A DNA stretch of 64,000 nucleotides from a virus. Under the pieces are notes generated by a model. The model was not told the DNA's origin. It searched no databases and worked only from the letters and a program-made list of their open reading frames with translations. Position numbers and translations under genes: made by a program. Positions 15,813 through 25,356 of this stretch are shown here, piece after piece; the stretch's first letter is position 1; each line of letters opens with the position of its first letter. The stretch lies in the IMG/VR virus record IMGVR_UViG_3300037130_000236; one strand, 5' to 3'.

Positions 15813-17840
15813 TTAGAAGGTGATCTTGAGGGTACGGGTGAAGCTGCCCTTCACGCGGCACAATATATAGTTCCGCTGTGTGGATGAAAAGCCGATGCCG
15901 CTCAGTTGGCGATCTGACTCCTCGGTCTTCATCTTCGAGCCAACAACCTCGAACACCTTGCGATGCACGTTGAGGCTGTCGGTCAGGAACTCGTTGAAGA
16001 ACCCGCGGGCCTTGCCATCATTGAGGCAGCCGTCGAGCATGAAGAAGTAATGCTTGTTGCCGACGGTCTTCTCATCCCAGTAGTTGGGCGAGAGCATGAG
16101 AACGGACACTTTGTGGAAGGTCTGGGTTGGAATACCCCAGAGATTCTTGGCCGCCTGCGATGAAGGAAGCGACTTGACGATCTCCAATCCGCCCTTGTGG
16201 GTGTAATTGAATTCCGCCACGACCGCAGCAGTGTTGGCAGGAACAGCCTTCGGATGAGCAAACGTGCGAACGACGCCATCGAATTCGATTTCAACTTCGA
16301 ACCCAACGTCCACGGTCTCCCGCTTGTTGTAGTTGTAAACGAATAGCCTGTAAAGGCCCTCGCGCATAGTCCTACGATCGGGATATGTGATGTTCTCGAC
16401 CGCGCTTCGGCTACCGCCAGATCCCACATTCATGTCCACATCGAGTTCACCACCCGCTCTTGACCGCCGGTTGCTGAAGCAGATCTCTTCGCCATTGATT
16501 GTCGTGCGAGATGCTCCAGGCTCGATGAGATGCAGATCGAGATCGTCATAGTTGAACCAGGACAGCGAACAGCGAAGGTCGCCGTCTACGGCGCCGCCGG
16601 CACGCTTGACACGTTCCTTGATGGAATCAGCAAGTTCTCCTGCATAGGACCAGGAGAAGTTGTTCGGCCATTTGAACATGGTCTTGGCCGTCGGATCGAC
16701 GGGAGAGATCAAGCTGAGCAGGTTGCCGGCGTGACGGTTCTCGAACATCACTTCCAACGACTCTGCCTTGGGCAGCACGTTGGCAAGGAAGTCCTCGATG
16801 GACACCGTCTCGATTTTGTCCAGGTTGGGTACCTTCTCGGGAACTGCGCTGGCCAGACCGTCGAAGACATTCATGGCCTTCTTGGCCTTGCGGTCCGCGA
16901 AGAGAATGTTGTTGATGGTAATGTCTTCGATGGTGGCGTAGCGACGATCCAGAGCAGAGGTGAACCCCAGCTCCTCGATCGTGGTACGCGCCTTCTCGAT
17001 CATTCCCTTGGTGATCAGAGCAGTCGGCCGTTTGTAGTTGGTGGGTGCGACCTTCGACTCGTACGAAGCTACGGCGGCATCCATTTCCCGGCCTTCGGAC
17101 AAGTCTGTGAGCAGCGATCCGATGACGTTGCCACGTATCCTTGATACCGCAGCCGGAACAGCCTTGGCATGCAACCAGGCGAACAGATCCTGCGCTTCCA
17201 CGCTGCGCACCTTGGCGAACTCCACCTTCAGCTTGCGGAAGCTGGTCAGTTCGAAAGTGTGCTCCTCACCGCGATACAACGAGTTCTGGCTGATCAGCTC
17301 AAGAATAGTGTCGATCGATTCCAGTGTGATCTCCTTGAGACCACGGAGAAGCACATCCTTGGTACTTCGGAAGTCCGACAGTTGTGGACCGATGGCATCG
17401 CCACGGACAACACAGGTTGTTGGAAGCGTGATGAAGAAGTGCTCCCAGGCCAGAACTTCCTTTGATTCAAGTTGCTGAAGGTTCCCATCCGTCCCTGCAG
17501 TGCGTTCGGTGTGAAGGAAGATGTTGTCGATCGGAGACAACTTGACCAGGGCGGACAGCGCATCAACTACCGGCTGGTAGGGACTGCCGACACGAACATC
17601 CCAGAGGCTCACGAGCTGTCCGTCAATGATGGCGACTATACCGCCTACTGCACGGATGAAGCTCTTGCAGCACTGGCAGTCATGCTCAGTCCGCTGTTTG
17701 TAGAGTGGGTTCGAGCCCGCCGGGAAGCTGCTGAGATAGACATCCCACAGCTGATCCTTGTCGACTTGCACCCGGTATAGTTGATACCCCTTCATGACAT
17801 CGAACTGCAGGGCAACCGCCTTCTTTAAGACACTGAACAT
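15813..17840 (-). CDS. Large phage protein with YfaP/DUF2135-like domain
   Basis: HDCQCCKSF N-terminal Cys motif; LRCSLSWFNYDDLDLH...LDVDMN...VENI. Confidence 0.8.
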   Translation of the reverse strand: MFSVLKKAVALQFDVMKGYQLYRVQVDKDQLWDVYLSSFPAGSNPLYKQRTEHDCQCCKSFIRAVGGIVAIIDGQLVSLWDVRVGSPYQPVVDALSALVKLSPIDNIFLHTERTAGTDGNLQQLESKEVLAWEHFFITLPTTCVVRGDAIGPQLSDFRSTKDVLLRGLKEITLESIDTILELISQNSLYRGEEHTFELTSFRKLKVEFAKVRSVEAQDLFAWLHAKAVPAAVSRIRGNVIGSLLTDLSEGREMDAAVASYESKVAPTNYKRPTALITKGMIEKARTTIEELGFTSALDRRYATIEDITINNILFADRKAKKAMNVFDGLASAVPEKVPNLDKIETVSIEDFLANVLPKAESLEVMFENRHAGNLLSLISPVDPTAKTMFKWPNNFSWSYAGELADSIKERVKRAGGAVDGDLRCSLSWFNYDDLDLHLIEPGASRTTINGEEICFSNRRSRAGGELDVDMNVGSGGSRSAVENITYPDRRTMREGLYRLFVYNYNKRETVDVGFEVEIEFDGVVRTFAHPKAVPANTAAVVAEFNYTHKGGLEIVKSLPSSQAAKNLWGIPTQTFHKVSVLMLSPNYWDEKTVGNKHYFFMLDGCLNDGKARGFFNEFLTDSLNVHRKVFEVVGSKMKTEESDRQLSGIGFSSTQRNYILCRVKGSFTRTLKITF

Positions 17841-17843
17841 TGG

Positions 17844-18344
17844 CTAGGCTCTTTCCTCGAACATGCTGTCGATAATGCCGCTGTCACCGTACTCCAATTC
17901 GGTGGTCAGCTTGGCAAGCTCGCTGGCTGTGAATGGACGGAACCGCGGCGTTGCCTCAGTTCCCGCGAACGATGCGTTCTGGATTCTGCGGCCCATCAGA
18001 CTTGCTTGTCCGACCAGAACACTGGGCACGTTGACCACTCCGCCGCCGATCAGCTTGCCGTCGACGCGGAAGGTGACGTACTTGATGAAGCGATCGGCCG
18101 AGTCCGTGTGGACCCGCAGGCCCACCCGGCCGCCGGGAATCTGCTTGCAGTCGTAGTCCCGCTCCCAGCCGTTGGCAATGCCACGGCGGACACGACGAAC
18201 CCAACTCTTGGCGTCGCGCAGCAGATACATGAAATTGCGTTGATCTTCCTTTGCCGCGCTGCGAATCTTCTCAGCCACGTCTGGAGTGATCCAGTCGCGG
18301 ATCGATTCGCGGACGGCGTCTGAAATGCCTTTACCCTGGCTCAT
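17844..18344 (-). CDS. Hypothetical protein
   Basis: GGAG RBS before MSQGKG. Confidence 0.65.
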   Translation of the reverse strand: MSQGKGISDAVRESIRDWITPDVAEKIRSAAKEDQRNFMYLLRDAKSWVRRVRRGIANGWERDYDCKQIPGGRVGLRVHTDSADRFIKYVTFRVDGKLIGGGVVNVPSVLVGQASLMGRRIQNASFAGTEATPRFRPFTASELAKLTTELEYGDSGIIDSMFEERA

Positions 18345-18360
18345 GAAGTCTCCATTTCGG

Positions 18361-18465
18361 CTATCTTCCGCCGATGTTGATTTTGATTGCGTCTGTGACA
18401 AATCCAAAGAAAAGGACAGCGGCCACAACGATGAAAGCTCCTAGAAATGCTTCGGGCCAGGTCAT
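18361..18465 (-). CDS. Micro membrane protein (34 aa)
   Basis: MTWPEAFLGAFIVVAAVLFFGF; overlaps upstream stop. Confidence 0.45.
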   Translation of the reverse strand: MTWPEAFLGAFIVVAAVLFFGFVTDAIKINIGGR

Positions 18466-18704
18466 TGGGCTGGCCTCGTTTCCCGGTAGAGATACCCGTA
18501 AACACACGCGAAGGTGAGAACGATCAGCAACACCAGCGCCAGGAAGAACGGCATGTTCGGGAAGATGAGCAGCACTCCGAAGTGCAGTGTGATGGCTGCC
18601 CCAATGCAGCCAATCAAGCACAGGAGGTGCTTGAATGCGGTCCCATGCCGTTTGAGGTTGATCCGCGAGGGCTTCTTCCTCGCTGTGTCAATATCGATTC
18701 TCAT
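18462..18704 (-). CDS. Small 2-TM membrane protein
   Basis: GAGGAG RBS; two hydrophobic helices. Confidence 0.6.
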   Translation of the reverse strand: MRIDIDTARKKPSRINLKRHGTAFKHLLCLIGCIGAAITLHFGVLLIFPNMPFFLALVLLIVLTFACVYGYLYRETRPAQ

Positions 18705-19028
18705 AGCCGAATACTCCTCGCTCTCTCAGCGGGCGGCGCCTTCCAACGCCGCCCACTTTGATGTCCAGCAATTCTCTGGCAGTCGGTAAGCTCAGGACAG
18801 CTTCAGGCAATCTGTGTGTCCTGAACCTGGCATACTCGCTGTAGGTCCCAGTCGTGCTGGATCTGCCGTTTTACGGGCGTCTTGTTAAAGCCGAGTCGAA
18901 CACCGGACACCCTCGAGGACTGAGGCGTGGCGCTGGGATCATTGCCACTGCATGATGTGTTCGTTGGTGCGTCTCAAGCTGTGTCTACAGTAGGATGGAT
19001 GGGCTGCAGGCTGAATAGAGGGAAGCTC

Positions 19029-19457
19029 CTATGCGGCCTTCGCTTCAGGCACCAGCATGGTTGAGTGGCGATCGGCATCTTCCTCGCGGGCACGCTTCCA
19101 GCAATGCAGGAAGCCGCCGTCGTGGGCGCCTGTCTTCAGATCGATGGCGAAGATGCCAAAGAAGATTAGCGCCTCCAGCGCGAAGCTGGAAAATATCCCG
19201 AACACAACGCCACTGAGCACACCGACAATGGTGCGAACCCAGGGCGTCTTGATGGGCCGGGTGACCCAGACGACAAGCCACACGATCAGGAGCGCCGGCA
19301 TGAGAGCTGCAACCAGAAACAGGATGAGCAGCTCGACCGCGGACTTCATGGCAACCCACAGGAATGCCTTCCGACGGTAGCGCCTTCGGTTGCGCCAGAA
19401 TAAACAACTGCCGACAATCGCAATCGCGGCGGCCCATAACATGACGATTGGTTTCAT
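19029..19457 (-). CDS. Membrane protein
   Basis: GGAGG RBS before MKPIV; several TM segments. Confidence 0.65.
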   Translation of the reverse strand: MKPIVMLWAAAIAIVGSCLFWRNRRRYRRKAFLWVAMKSAVELLILFLVAALMPALLIVWLVVWVTRPIKTPWVRTIVGVLSGVVFGIFSSFALEALIFFGIFAIDLKTGAHDGGFLHCWKRAREEDADRHSTMLVPEAKAA

Positions 19458-19600
19458 AGAGCCTCCGCTGGACGCAAGGCAGCCAGCTCCGAAACTTGAC
19501 GTTTCAGACGAGCGGAGCTGACCATGCACAGGCACACGGCTGCGCCGAGTGCAAGGATGAGCGTGAAAAGGAACGCGAATGCCTTCAACGAATACCTGAG

Positions 19601-20128
19601 TTAGCTCTGCTGGTTCCAGGCATCGAACGTCAGTTTGTCTATACCGGAGGACGGTTGAATGCACTGAATCATTGGACCTTCGTGATCGCAGGATGTGCAG
19701 CGAACAAACTGATAACCGTTGCGCGTGCTGATGCCCATTCCGACGATGCTGTGACAGACGGGGCACGGCACGTAGCGATTGCGGCCGTCTGTAATGTCGA
19801 AGTGGATCTCCTGCCAGAGCTTGTCGAGCACGTCACCATGGCAGCGGTGTGCCGGCCTGCAGAAGCAGCCGAGAATATCGTCGTCTGTGAACGTCCCGTC
19901 TGTGGATAGAGCTAGCAGGATCTGCAGCCGGCGCTTGGGCTCGACATGAGCCCACTTCGGATCGCCGCGCAGCCACTCCTCGTAGGAATCAACGGCTTCG
20001 TCGACCGATCCAACCTGAACGGATGCCTTGGTATTGCCGACAGGCAGGTGGGTAAACGGATTGCCGTAGATGCTGCCGCGGCCGATGTACTTGGTGGAGT
20101 GCTCTCGCTTGCAGTGAACTACTCGCAT
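19601..20128 (-). CDS. DUF4326-like protein fused to Lar-like Zn ribbon
   Basis: YIGRGSIYGNPF, LGCFC..HRCHGDVL; C-terminal PCPVC...VRCTSCDHEGP...AWN. Confidence 0.75.
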   Translation of the reverse strand: MRVVHCKREHSTKYIGRGSIYGNPFTHLPVGNTKASVQVGSVDEAVDSYEEWLRGDPKWAHVEPKRRLQILLALSTDGTFTDDDILGCFCRPAHRCHGDVLDKLWQEIHFDITDGRNRYVPCPVCHSIVGMGISTRNGYQFVRCTSCDHEGPMIQCIQPSSGIDKLTFDAWNQQS

Positions 20129-20571
20129 CAGTTCCTCCGTGGCAGCAGGATCATGGGCGAAGCCATGACCATGCGTACGGTTTCTCCGCTGCTATCAGTT
20201 GGCGGCAGCGGAGCGGCTGGTGGTATCCATCCAAACTTGCGCCTGTTACGACGCAGTTCTCTGTCAGCGCCGCAGTGCTTGCACAGGTCGTGCAGCTTCG
20301 CGCACTTGTCACAGAGAACATCGGTGCAGGTGCTGCCGTAGAGCACGTCTTTGTTGCAGATGGCACAGGGCCGCGTGGTCATTGCGGCCCCGCCGATGCC
20401 TGAGCCAAGGTAGTGGCAGATAGGACAGAGCAGCAGCTTCAGGCGTGCTGCGCGATCGTAGTCGTTCTCGAGATCCTTAGCGCGCTTCAGGTAGTCACGA
20501 GCATGACTGTTGTTCATGCTGGTTTGCCACTGAACGGCGTGTCGATCCAATTTCTTGGCTGCTTGATTCAC
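20128..20571 (-). CDS. Cys-rich hypothetical protein
   Basis: Four CxxC pairs. Confidence 0.65.
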   Translation of the reverse strand: MNQAAKKLDRHAVQWQTSMNNSHARDYLKRAKDLENDYDRAARLKLLLCPICHYLGSGIGGAAMTTRPCAICNKDVLYGSTCTDVLCDKCAKLHDLCKHCGADRELRRNRRKFGWIPPAAPLPPTDSSGETVRMVMASPMILLPRRN

Positions 20572-20589
20572 TTCAACTCCAGGCCGTGG

Positions 20590-20826
20590 CTATGCTGCGG
20601 CGGTTACTCCGGCTCCCGGATGTTCTTCACTGGCCTCTGGCTTGGAGCCAAAGAGATTGAACAGATAGTCACCGAGCGATTGCACGCGCCGGGCGATCTG
20701 GCTGGGTAGGGAGTGCAGGCGCTGCAGGTCACACTTCTTTTCGTCTTCCTTGCGGATGATCAGGTAGAGCCCGCCTGTGATGGCGACGATGGCAACAAAC
20801 AGCAGGAATCCAAAGATCAGCTTCAT
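20590..20826 (-). CDS. Small membrane-anchored protein
   Basis: GGAGG RBS; MKLIFGFLLFVAIVAITGGLYLII. Confidence 0.55.
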   Translation of the reverse strand: MKLIFGFLLFVAIVAITGGLYLIIRKEDEKKCDLQRLHSLPSQIARRVQSLGDYLFNLFGSKPEASEEHPGAGVTAAA

Positions 20827-20858
20827 GGTGCGTCCCTCCAGGACGGGTGCTACGCGGC

Positions 20859-21014
20859 TTACTGCCTTTTCGCCGGCTGTCTGAATGTACGGATGAGCTC
20901 GAACGTCGTGAATCCGAAGAACACGATGACGAACAAGGACAAAACGAATTGAGCAAGACGGGTCACTCCGATGAAGGCGAGTGACAGGATTGCAAGAATT
21001 GAGAGCTTGGTCAT
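20859..21014 (-). CDS. Small membrane protein (51 aa)
   Basis: MTKLSILAILSLAFIG...; ATGA overlap with upstream HNH gene; manual translation. Confidence 0.5.
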   Translation of the reverse strand: MTKLSILAILSLAFIGVTRLAQFVLSLFVIVFFGFTTFELIRTFRQPAKRQ

Positions 21015-21634
21015 GCTGCCTCTCTTTTGAGAACAGTTGAATGCAAATGGTGATGAACTCGAAGAACCCAGGCGATGAAATCGTCGCCTGATAGCGTGCT
21101 TTTGGCCTCATTGCATTTGCCACAGCACGATACGACATTGTCGGGCTCATAGCCGAGGTCATTGTTCCAGCGATCGATGCCGTTATAAACGAAAGCACCC
21201 GTGAAGGAGTTGGAAACTCCTGTGGTGAACTTCTGAGCTGGAACACAGCCACAGTAGTAGCAATCGCCGGCAAAGAGTTCGAGGCATTGGTTTTGGGACA
21301 AATTCCACAGGTAACCTCGGCTTTTAGCTTGCCGTTTGTAATGTGCGATCAGCTTGTTACGAGCCGCAATTCCCTCGCCAAGGCTGGCGGAAGGACGAGG
21401 TTTACCTCTAAGTGGGTTTCCCGACCTGTTAAGACAACCGCAGCTCTTCTTTTGTCCATTTACCAGCTGGCTTGTTGAAGCTGTGGTTGCGTTTCCACAG
21501 GAACATTTGCAATTCCAAAGCTGTTCGTTTCGCTTGTTCTTTCCGCCTTTGCAAATGACTTCCAGCTTGCCGATGAAATTGCCAACAAAGCCTTTTGTGG
21601 AAGAACGCGGTCGTCTTTTGGAGGGATAGGTCAC
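21011..21634 (-). CDS. HNH endonuclease, paralog of 10179-10913
   Basis: WNCKCSCGN, KSCGC, CYYCG, NGIDRWNNDLGY, VSCCGKCNEAKS; GTG start overlapping upstream TAG. Confidence 0.85.
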   Translation of the reverse strand: MTYPSKRRPRSSTKGFVGNFIGKLEVICKGGKNKRNEQLWNCKCSCGNATTASTSQLVNGQKKSCGCLNRSGNPLRGKPRPSASLGEGIAARNKLIAHYKRQAKSRGYLWNLSQNQCLELFAGDCYYCGCVPAQKFTTGVSNSFTGAFVYNGIDRWNNDLGYEPDNVVSCCGKCNEAKSTLSGDDFIAWVLRVHHHLHSTVLKREAA

Positions 21635-21996
21635 TATGCGGTTCCCTTCAATACGCTCTGAGTGTGTTCTTTGTTGAGCTTCATCCGCCGGAAAGGTAGG
21701 TAGACCCAAAGCATGAGCACATTCAGCAACGTATTGCCGAGCGCAAACATGACCGAATTGGCTTCGGTGATCCCGTGAATGCCGAAGTTGATGGTCTCCA
21801 GCCCGAGCAGGCTGATGCCCTTGTTCTTGTCGATCCACTTCAGGGTTGCGTCCTTGCGTTTGGTGGTCAGCAGCTTCTGAATCCAGGGAATCTTGTCTGC
21901 CTTCAGGAAGGCGCCCCAGGCGAAGATGCCGACACCGACACCGGCCGCGACGTTGCCGGTATTAGACGGGGTCAGAATCATCCGTGTTCTCCTCAC
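21634..21996 (-). CDS. Membrane protein
   Basis: GAGGAG RBS; hydrophobic segments. Confidence 0.65.
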   Translation of the reverse strand: MRRTRMILTPSNTGNVAAGVGVGIFAWGAFLKADKIPWIQKLLTTKRKDATLKWIDKNKGISLLGLETINFGIHGITEANSVMFALGNTLLNVLMLWVYLPFRRMKLNKEHTQSVLKGTA

Positions 21997-22065
21997 AGTG
22001 GCGAGCTTTGTACATGCAGAAGGCGTACACGGCTACGAAGAACAGCAGCAATGCGATCTTGAATC

Positions 22066-22395
22066 CTATAGGCACAGCTTTACCTCCGTGCAAATGGTCT
22101 GGCCTTTAGGCCAGACCCGTTTCAGGCCGAGCAGAATTGCGTATTCCATGGCTCGGGTATTCGCAAGCCAACGCAGGCCGGTGGTAATCCATCGGGCCAC
22201 GAGTGCCTGCGACTTCGTCGGTGTTCCCGCAGCTTTGCGGAGCCGCTCATCAAGGATCGGCAGACACGTCCGTGCGGGACGTCCGTAGACAAGGAGCTCT
22301 CGGGTCTTGCCCCGGTCGCGGAGCTTGCCGGCGATGAGGGCGGACCAGAATCCTGCTTCATACGACGGCAGGAGCCACAATAGCCAGATTGGCAT
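22066..22395 (-). CDS. Hypothetical protein
   Basis: AGGAAGGA RBS before MPIWLL. Confidence 0.5.
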   Translation of the reverse strand: MPIWLLWLLPSYEAGFWSALIAGKLRDRGKTRELLVYGRPARTCLPILDERLRKAAGTPTKSQALVARWITTGLRWLANTRAMEYAILLGLKRVWPKGQTICTEVKLCL

Positions 22396-22633
22396 GGGTT
22401 CCTTCCTGATGATGCCGGTTGAGATACGCTTGAATCTCTGCCAGGACCGCATGTTCCTCGGCCATGGTTGCAATTCGCATTTCATCGAAGTTGTAGAGAC
22501 GCACGGTGCCGTGCTTCAGGCAGGTGGTTGTTGTCACCACCTGTCCATGAAAGTTCTCGTGGGCGCGAGTAGTGGGCCAACTCCAATGGTCTCCTGTGCA
22601 CGAGCACTTGGGCCTGCGATGAAATCCGAACAC
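22358..22633 (-). CDS. Hypothetical protein
   Basis: 91 aa, AGGAG RBS with GTG start. Confidence 0.5.
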   Translation of the reverse strand: MFGFHRRPKCSCTGDHWSWPTTRAHENFHGQVVTTTTCLKHGTVRLYNFDEMRIATMAEEHAVLAEIQAYLNRHHQEGTHANLAIVAPAVV

Positions 22634-22642
22634 GTTCAGCTC

Positions 22643-23119
22643 CTAGTGAATGACATGGGTGAAGAGATGCATCACCCAGTTATGGCCGACATTGACGAGG
22701 CCAGACGCCGCGCCAATCAGGACAAGGGAAAGAATCCCTCCCAGGAAGGCAGCCAGCAGTTTGAGACTTGCAGGTGCCTGCTTGTCCGGAATGGTCAGGG
22801 CATACATCTCCCTGAGTGCGGGTGCTTCCGCTTCGATAACAGTCCGATCAACATTCCACTTCTTGCAGAAGGTGTCGATCTTGGCCGTGGCTTTGTCCCG
22901 CAGGGCAAAGTACGCAGGCGATCCTTTGGGTAGTCCCTTGGCCTGGTGGCCATTGGCTGTCTCGATGATTCGGGCCAGAGCCTTTTCAAGAGCTTCCTGG
23001 TCCCGATGCTGGCGCCAGGCGTTGAACGTGCTCATGCCCGTTCCGTGCCAGGAGCGAATCTTGAGGCCCGCCTGTTGTAACCAGGGCGTAGAAACCTCTG
23101 CGGTGATGACTGCGGCCAT
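22643..23119 (-). CDS. Hypothetical protein with C-terminal TM
   Basis: GAGGAG RBS before MAAVIT. Confidence 0.65.
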   Translation of the reverse strand: MAAVITAEVSTPWLQQAGLKIRSWHGTGMSTFNAWRQHRDQEALEKALARIIETANGHQAKGLPKGSPAYFALRDKATAKIDTFCKKWNVDRTVIEAEAPALREMYALTIPDKQAPASLKLLAAFLGGILSLVLIGAASGLVNVGHNWVMHLFTHVIH

Positions 23120-23140
23120 GCTGCTCCTCTTATGACTCCA

Positions 23141-23171
23141 CAATAAGAGCCCCGACCATTGGCCGGGGCTC
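23141..23171 (-). terminator. Probable intrinsic terminator
   Basis: GAGCCCCG/CGGGGCTC stem followed by TTATT. Confidence 0.5.
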
Positions 23172-23231
23172 AGGGGAACTACCTAGTGCAATCGGTATTT
23201 GTCATCCGCTCGATCAGAGCGAACTCGGCCA

Positions 23232-23891
23232 TCAGGCTGCCTCTTTACCGTACTCCCCGTCGGGAAAAGGATCTGTGTTGACCTGTTCGGCAGGAGCTTC
23301 TTCGACAGCTGGCGCTGCTTGGAACTCAGACGGAACTTGCTCGGCAGGAAGCTGGTTGCTGAGCACCTGATCGGGGTCAATGCCTGCATCGATCATCTGT
23401 TGACGGCGCATGGCTTGCTGTTCCTCCATCACGTACTTGCCGAGGCGTTCCGTGACATGGCGGTCGAATTCGACCTGACGAGCAGCTTCGTCCTCGATCT
23501 CGTGGAAGGGACAGCCGGCCGTGTCGAGCTTGACGACATCGGTAACGGCCCGCTTCAGTGCGAAGGTAAGCAGTCTGGACTGCTCGTTGAGCCCGTTGAT
23601 CTGGTTCAGGATGGTGAGGCTGACCGTTTCTTCAGCCTTGGGCTTGACAACCACCTTGGCATCCTTGAACTGATCGAGCGAGGCAATGTCGGCGCGAATG
23701 GTCTCGGCCGCGGCGCGCGCCGAACCCAGGTTGCCGATGGTCAGAGCCGGTGGCTGGAAGGTCTTCGTGGTATCACCCACGGTGACTTCGACCACAAACG
23801 ACCAGCGACGGATCTTGCGCTGGGCTTCCTTGCTCTTGGGTGCGAGGTTGTTTCTGTTCTTCTTGGGCGTTCTGGTTCTGGATACTGGCAC
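23232..23891 (-). CDS. Hypothetical protein, basic N-terminus and acidic C-terminus
   Basis: AGGAG RBS + GTG (VPVSRTR). Confidence 0.65.
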   Translation of the reverse strand: MPVSRTRTPKKNRNNLAPKSKEAQRKIRRWSFVVEVTVGDTTKTFQPPALTIGNLGSARAAAETIRADIASLDQFKDAKVVVKPKAEETVSLTILNQINGLNEQSRLLTFALKRAVTDVVKLDTAGCPFHEIEDEAARQVEFDRHVTERLGKYVMEEQQAMRRQQMIDAGIDPDQVLSNQLPAEQVPSEFQAAPAVEEAPAEQVNTDPFPDGEYGKEAA

Positions 23892-24143
23892 GCATTTCTC
23901 CTGAAGTTGTAACTTCAAGTCCAGTGTGCAGAAACTCATGAAAGTACCAAAGGCATGGCAGGCTGGCCTTACGACCAGCCTGTTCCGTCCATGCTGTAGT
24001 CTTTGGCTACAAGCGCATAATCCATCTCCTTCGGCAGGCTGCCTACGCCGCACACCGGCACGCTGTGGCCGAACAGGCGGTGTTCAACATCGTGAAACGC
24101 ACATGGTATTGCTTCAGAACATCCGTGATGCGTTAAGCGGGCG

Positions 24144-24411
24144 GTGCTCGGGACATCTTCGCTCCAATGAGAGGTGCATTCAGCGCGAATCGGTCGAATC
24201 ACGCCGGTGAATGGTTGAGTAGGCCATCAACCGGTGGAATCCTGCCGCTTGTCGGGACATCAATCGCTCCATTTAGCGATTAACGGAATCGTGAATTAAC
24301 CACTAGGGACATGTTTGCCTATACTAGAGCGGGAAATCCCGGACCAGAAAACAGGCAAAGTGTGTCGAAAGTATCAAGACTCGATCGGAACTCTAGGGAT
24401 GTCCCGACATC
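24144..24411. promoter_or_regulatory. Four operator-like 14-bp dyads, consensus GATGTC-CC-GACATC
   Basis: 24144-24157, 24248-24261, 24300-24313 (degenerate) and 24398-24411 (perfect). Confidence 0.6.
24318..24327 (+). promoter_or_regulatory. CCTATACTAG motif copy 1, antisense to local genes
   Basis: Identical 10-mer at 40635, 45634 and 54225. Confidence 0.45.
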
Positions 24412-24459
24412 TCACTTGCAAAAATCCGAACCTCGATGCGGAATTGAATCCGCAGGAGA

Positions 24460-24945
24460 TTAGGCTGCCGATGCCAACGCGTCGGCAATGGCTTCGACGG
24501 CGACCGGACCCGGGGTGGATGCCGGCGCCAGGACCGTAATGGTCTTGGCGCGCGCATGGAATCCGCGGCCACTGGAATTGCGATGCCACTCGCTGGTCAC
24601 ATAGACCAGATCGCCCTGCTTCAGCGCCAGGATCTGGGCATGCAGGGTGGGATCGGCGGTCTGAACGAACCGGTCCTTGTCGGGATTGATCTGGATCACA
24701 AGGCCGATGTACTGACGACCGAACTCGTCCTCGATGCCCTCGTCACGAACGGCGAGCACGGTGCCCTGCATCCGGATCTCGGTGTACACCTCGGTGCCCA
24801 CGGACAGACCCTGGCCGTCCAGGATCTCGCGGTTCTGTTTGGTCTGAAGTGCGAAGTTCTGCGCGGCACGAACGAACGGCTTAATCGCCACGGGCGGCGT
24901 GTTGCGCTGCTGATTGCGCTGGCGGCTAACAAAAGAGCTGGCCAT
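24460..24945 (-). CDS. Hypothetical protein, possible OB fold
   Basis: AAGGAGG RBS; beta-rich GDLVYVTSEW...FHARAKTITVL. Confidence 0.7.
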   Translation of the reverse strand: MASSFVSRQRNQQRNTPPVAIKPFVRAAQNFALQTKQNREILDGQGLSVGTEVYTEIRMQGTVLAVRDEGIEDEFGRQYIGLVIQINPDKDRFVQTADPTLHAQILALKQGDLVYVTSEWHRNSSGRGFHARAKTITVLAPASTPGPVAVEAIADALASAA

Positions 24946-25011
24946 TTGATTGCCCTCCTTTGGGCATTTGCGTTGTTGGTTGAGGTTGTGCATCGGCAAA
25001 GACCGAGGCAG

Positions 25012-25356
25012 TTACTGGTGAGCTTGAGGTCTCCGAGGAGCCGGAGCGATGGCGCCAACGAACACCATGTTGGAAGAGAACTGTCCAACTTGGCATTGGG
25101 CACAGGCATCGCCACGATATGGCTTGCCTTGGTTGTCCTCACCAGAACGGCAAACCACTTCGAGGTTGCCGAAAGATGGGCGGTAGCTGTGGCAGGCACG
25201 ACGCAGGAAGTCCCTGGTCTTGGCCACAATCACCTGGCGGTTCGGTTCGTCAGGCCTCATGTCGCCGGCAAAGATGACCAGCTTGGTGAGGTCAGACTCC
25301 GGACTGGTCAACTCCCTCGGGAGGACCGGACGGGGCAGACGGATTGTCCCTTGCAT
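25012..25356 (-). CDS. Hypothetical protein
   Basis: GAGGAGG RBS before MQGTIR. Confidence 0.6.
   Translation of the reverse strand: MQGTIRLPRPVLPRELTSPESDLTKLVIFAGDMRPDEPNRQVIVAKTRDFLRRACHSYRPSFGNLEVVCRSGEDNQGKPYRGDACAQCQVGQFSSNMVFVGAIAPAPRRPQAHQ

Noticed and set aside
18720-19020. Possible tRNA/ncRNA (GGTGTTCGACTCGG and GGGCGGCG/CGCCGCCC stem)
   Set aside because: No cloverleaf; only one strong hairpin
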